Origin: Rickettsia typhi
GTDB lineage: Bacteria > Pseudomonadota > Alphaproteobacteria > Rickettsiales > UBA1997
DNA: 61,116 nucleotides
Assembly: GCA_945872855.1 (NCBI GenBank)
Contig: CAMCAW010000005.1
Coordinates: 1 to 61,116 of the forward strand
Direction: 5' to 3'
Part shown: positions 59,661 to 61,116 of the stretch, piece after piece
Numbering within the stretch: position 1 is the stretch's first letter
How the letters are laid out: each line of letters starts with the position of its first letter
Notes under the pieces: generated by a model
Databases searched by the model: none
What the model was told of the DNA's origin: nothing
The model's input: only the letters and a program-made list of their open reading frames with translations
Position numbers and translations under genes: made by a program

Positions 59661-60833
59661 GTGTGGATTTACATCCCTTCAGAATTTTATCCCTCTGCTC
59701 AGGAGTCGGCGGAATCGAGCTTGGATTTAAGCTCGCAGAGCCAACTGCTCGAACAATCTGTTATGTCGAGATCGAAGCCTTTGCGTGCGAAATCTTGGCT
59801 CGCCGCATGGAAGAGAAGAGATTGGATCAGGCGCCTATTTGGACGAATCTTAAAACCTTCGATGGCAAGCCTTGGCGTGGAGTCGTGGATTGCATCACTG
59901 GCGGATATCCCTGCCAGCCGTTTAGTGTTGCTGGAAAGAAACTTGGAGACAAAGACCCAAGACACCTCTGGCCAGAAATTAAACGACTCATTACCGAAAT
60001 CGAACCACCAATCTGCTTCTTCGAAAATGTCGGAGGGCATTTACGACTTGGATTTGAAGAAGTCGCAAATGACCTACAGCAATTGGGTTATCAAGTTAAG
60101 GCAGGTCTGTTTACAGCGGCAGAAGTTGGCGCTCCACACAAGAGAGAAAGACTTTTTATCTTGGCCTACCGTAGTTTCAACAGATGCAACAGCGGGGGAG
60201 ATAATATCTCAAAACGATATTTACCGACAAACCTCGAGCGGAAGCTTAAGAAAAATCAACAGGAATGGCAAAGACGGATCACTAGGCCTTGGCCGAGTAG
60301 TGAGAATATGGCCGACAGTTCGGACATCTTCTGCCAATGGCGCGAGCGGCAAAGAAGTGGAAGCGGGAAATCCGAAACAGAGATTGGAAGTGATGATAGT
60401 AAACTGGCCGACTGTAACAGTTCAAGATTACAAGAGGCGCGGACCAAACTCAAGTCAGCAAGGTTTGCACGAGGAGAGTCAAAGATGGCCAACTCCGAGA
60501 GCTCAAGAACCGGGAAGCACGAGCGAGAATTACGGCAAGGGTCTGAAAAACACTGCGGAGAATTGGGCGACACCACAAGCAAGAGATTGGAAGGATGGCA
60601 ATGCCAAGAATCAAACACCGACCAACTCTATACTTGGCCGCCAAGCCCCGCGAGCTATGAGCAATGGGAACGAATCCCAAATCACCTTAAACCCGCGCTT
60701 TACCGAATGGCTGATGGGCTGGCCGATCGGGTGGACAGAATTCGAGCTTGCGGAAACGGAGTGGTTCCGTTGGTTGCAGCTTATGCGTGGCGAACTCTTA
60801 CGAATGGAATGTATCTCACAAAAAATAAATTAG
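59661..60833 (+). CDS. Overlapping alternative-frame polypeptide (beta-like) with five WPT modules and MTase motif IX
   Basis: 390 codons without a stop, own GTG start; WPTV/WPTP/WATP repeats; LNPRFTEWLMGWPIGWT. Confidence 0.75.
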   Translation: MWIYIPSEFYPSAQESAESSLDLSSQSQLLEQSVMSRSKPLRAKSWLAAWKRRDWIRRLFGRILKPSMASLGVESWIASLADIPASRLVLLERNLETKTQDTSGQKLNDSLPKSNHQSASSKMSEGIYDLDLKKSQMTYSNWVIKLRQVCLQRQKLALHTREKDFLSWPTVVSTDATAGEIISQNDIYRQTSSGSLRKINRNGKDGSLGLGRVVRIWPTVRTSSANGASGKEVEAGNPKQRLEVMIVNWPTVTVQDYKRRGPNSSQQGLHEESQRWPTPRAQEPGSTSENYGKGLKNTAENWATPQARDWKDGNAKNQTPTNSILGRQAPRAMSNGNESQITLNPRFTEWLMGWPIGWTEFELAETEWFRWLQLMRGELLRMECISQKIN

Positions 60834-60847
60834 AAAATCATGGATGA
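59663..60847 (+). CDS. C5 cytosine DNA methyltransferase, catalytic (alpha-like) polypeptide
   Basis: Motif I SLCSGVGG, IV GGYPCQPFS, VI FFENV, VIII GAPHKRER, X RACGNGVVP; no motif IX. Confidence 0.93.
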   Translation: MDLHPFRILSLCSGVGGIELGFKLAEPTARTICYVEIEAFACEILARRMEEKRLDQAPIWTNLKTFDGKPWRGVVDCITGGYPCQPFSVAGKKLGDKDPRHLWPEIKRLITEIEPPICFFENVGGHLRLGFEEVANDLQQLGYQVKAGLFTAAEVGAPHKRERLFILAYRSFNRCNSGGDNISKRYLPTNLERKLKKNQQEWQRRITRPWPSSENMADSSDIFCQWRERQRSGSGKSETEIGSDDSKLADCNSSRLQEARTKLKSARFARGESKMANSESSRTGKHERELRQGSEKHCGELGDTTSKRLEGWQCQESNTDQLYTWPPSPASYEQWERIPNHLKPALYRMADGLADRVDRIRACGNGVVPLVAAYAWRTLTNGMYLTKNKLENHG

Positions 60848-61116
60848 TTTTGCTTTAAAAATGGCAGACCACATCGAGCTCCAGTCAGTTGATGAGTTGA
60901 TACCTTACAATAAAAATGCCCGCATGCACTCTGATGCTCAAGTGGCGCAGATTGCGGCAAGCATGATCGAGTTTGGTTTTACCAATCCGGTTTTGATTGA
61001 TGGTGAAAAAGGAATTATTGCCGGCCACGGAAGATTAATGGCAGCAAAGAAATTGGGGCTGAAAAAAGTTCCAGTCGTGATTCTTGATCACCTAAGCGAG
61101 ATGCAGAAAAAAGCCT
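60840..61116 (+). CDS. ParB/Srx N-terminal domain protein, probably a ParB-fused DNA methyltransferase (3' end outside window)
   Basis: Manual translation MDDFALKMADHIELQSVDELIPYNKNARMHSDAQVAQIAASMIEFGFTNPVLIDGEKGIIAGHGRLMAAKKLG; absent from the ORF track. Confidence 0.85.
   Translation, partial: MDDFALKMADHIELQSVDELIPYNKNARMHSDAQVAQIAASMIEFGFTNPVLIDGEKGIIAGHGRLMAAKKLGLKKVPVVILDHLSEMQKKA

Larger units (their letters stand above)
44451..61116. mobile_element. Prophage or prophage-like element (left arm), continues past the window
   Basis: Adjacent to the tRNA; serine recombinase plus DUF2924, HTH, ATPase, SSB-like, helicase, nuclease, primase-helicase, RuvC-like resolvase, methyltransferases. 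Confidence 0.9.

Noticed and set aside
60145-60165. T-run before the first WPT module as a programmed frameshift site
   Set aside because: A single chain would need a second, opposite shift to regain motif X, and the alternative frame is already open from its own start.
59699-60680. Antisense ORFs within the methyltransferase locus
   Set aside because: No motifs; expected by-products of two stop-free sense frames.

Overview
AT-rich bacterial chromosome segment, most consistent with a Rickettsiales-like alphaproteobacterium (inference from the class I LysRS, fzlA, GltD-PyrK fusion oxidoreductase and ankyrin/orphan proteins; it retains argH and amgK). (1) 1-25.5 kb: housekeeping genes (tyrS, rpe, cysS, pal, fzlA, amgK, tatC, argH, ftsW, mutM, queH, mtaB, lysS, tRNA-Gly) interspersed with orphan/ankyrin ORFs and a Lys/Ala/Val histone-like protein. 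(2) 25.5-32.5 kb: a signalling locus in which a hybrid histidine kinase is divergent from an operon for a LuxI/FeeM-like acyltransferase, TonB-dependent receptor, YfiR and Hpt. (3) 32.7-42.3 kb: a Gtr-type glycosylation island with a GT-C/phosphoribulokinase-like fusion, then an IS3 remnant and a 5'-truncated rfbB. (4) thrS and tRNA-Ala(GGC) with a non-canonical G73. (5) 44.45 kb to the window end: left part of a serine-recombinase/DUF2924 prophage with a replication module, an iteron/hairpin origin candidate and a cos-like site. The top finding is a fully dual-coded C5 DNA methyltransferase locus. Two ~390-codon same-strand frames start at one GTGTGG: one carries catalytic motifs I-VIII and X, the other carries five tandem WPT modules and motif IX. 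All calls come from reading the sequence; no searches were run.
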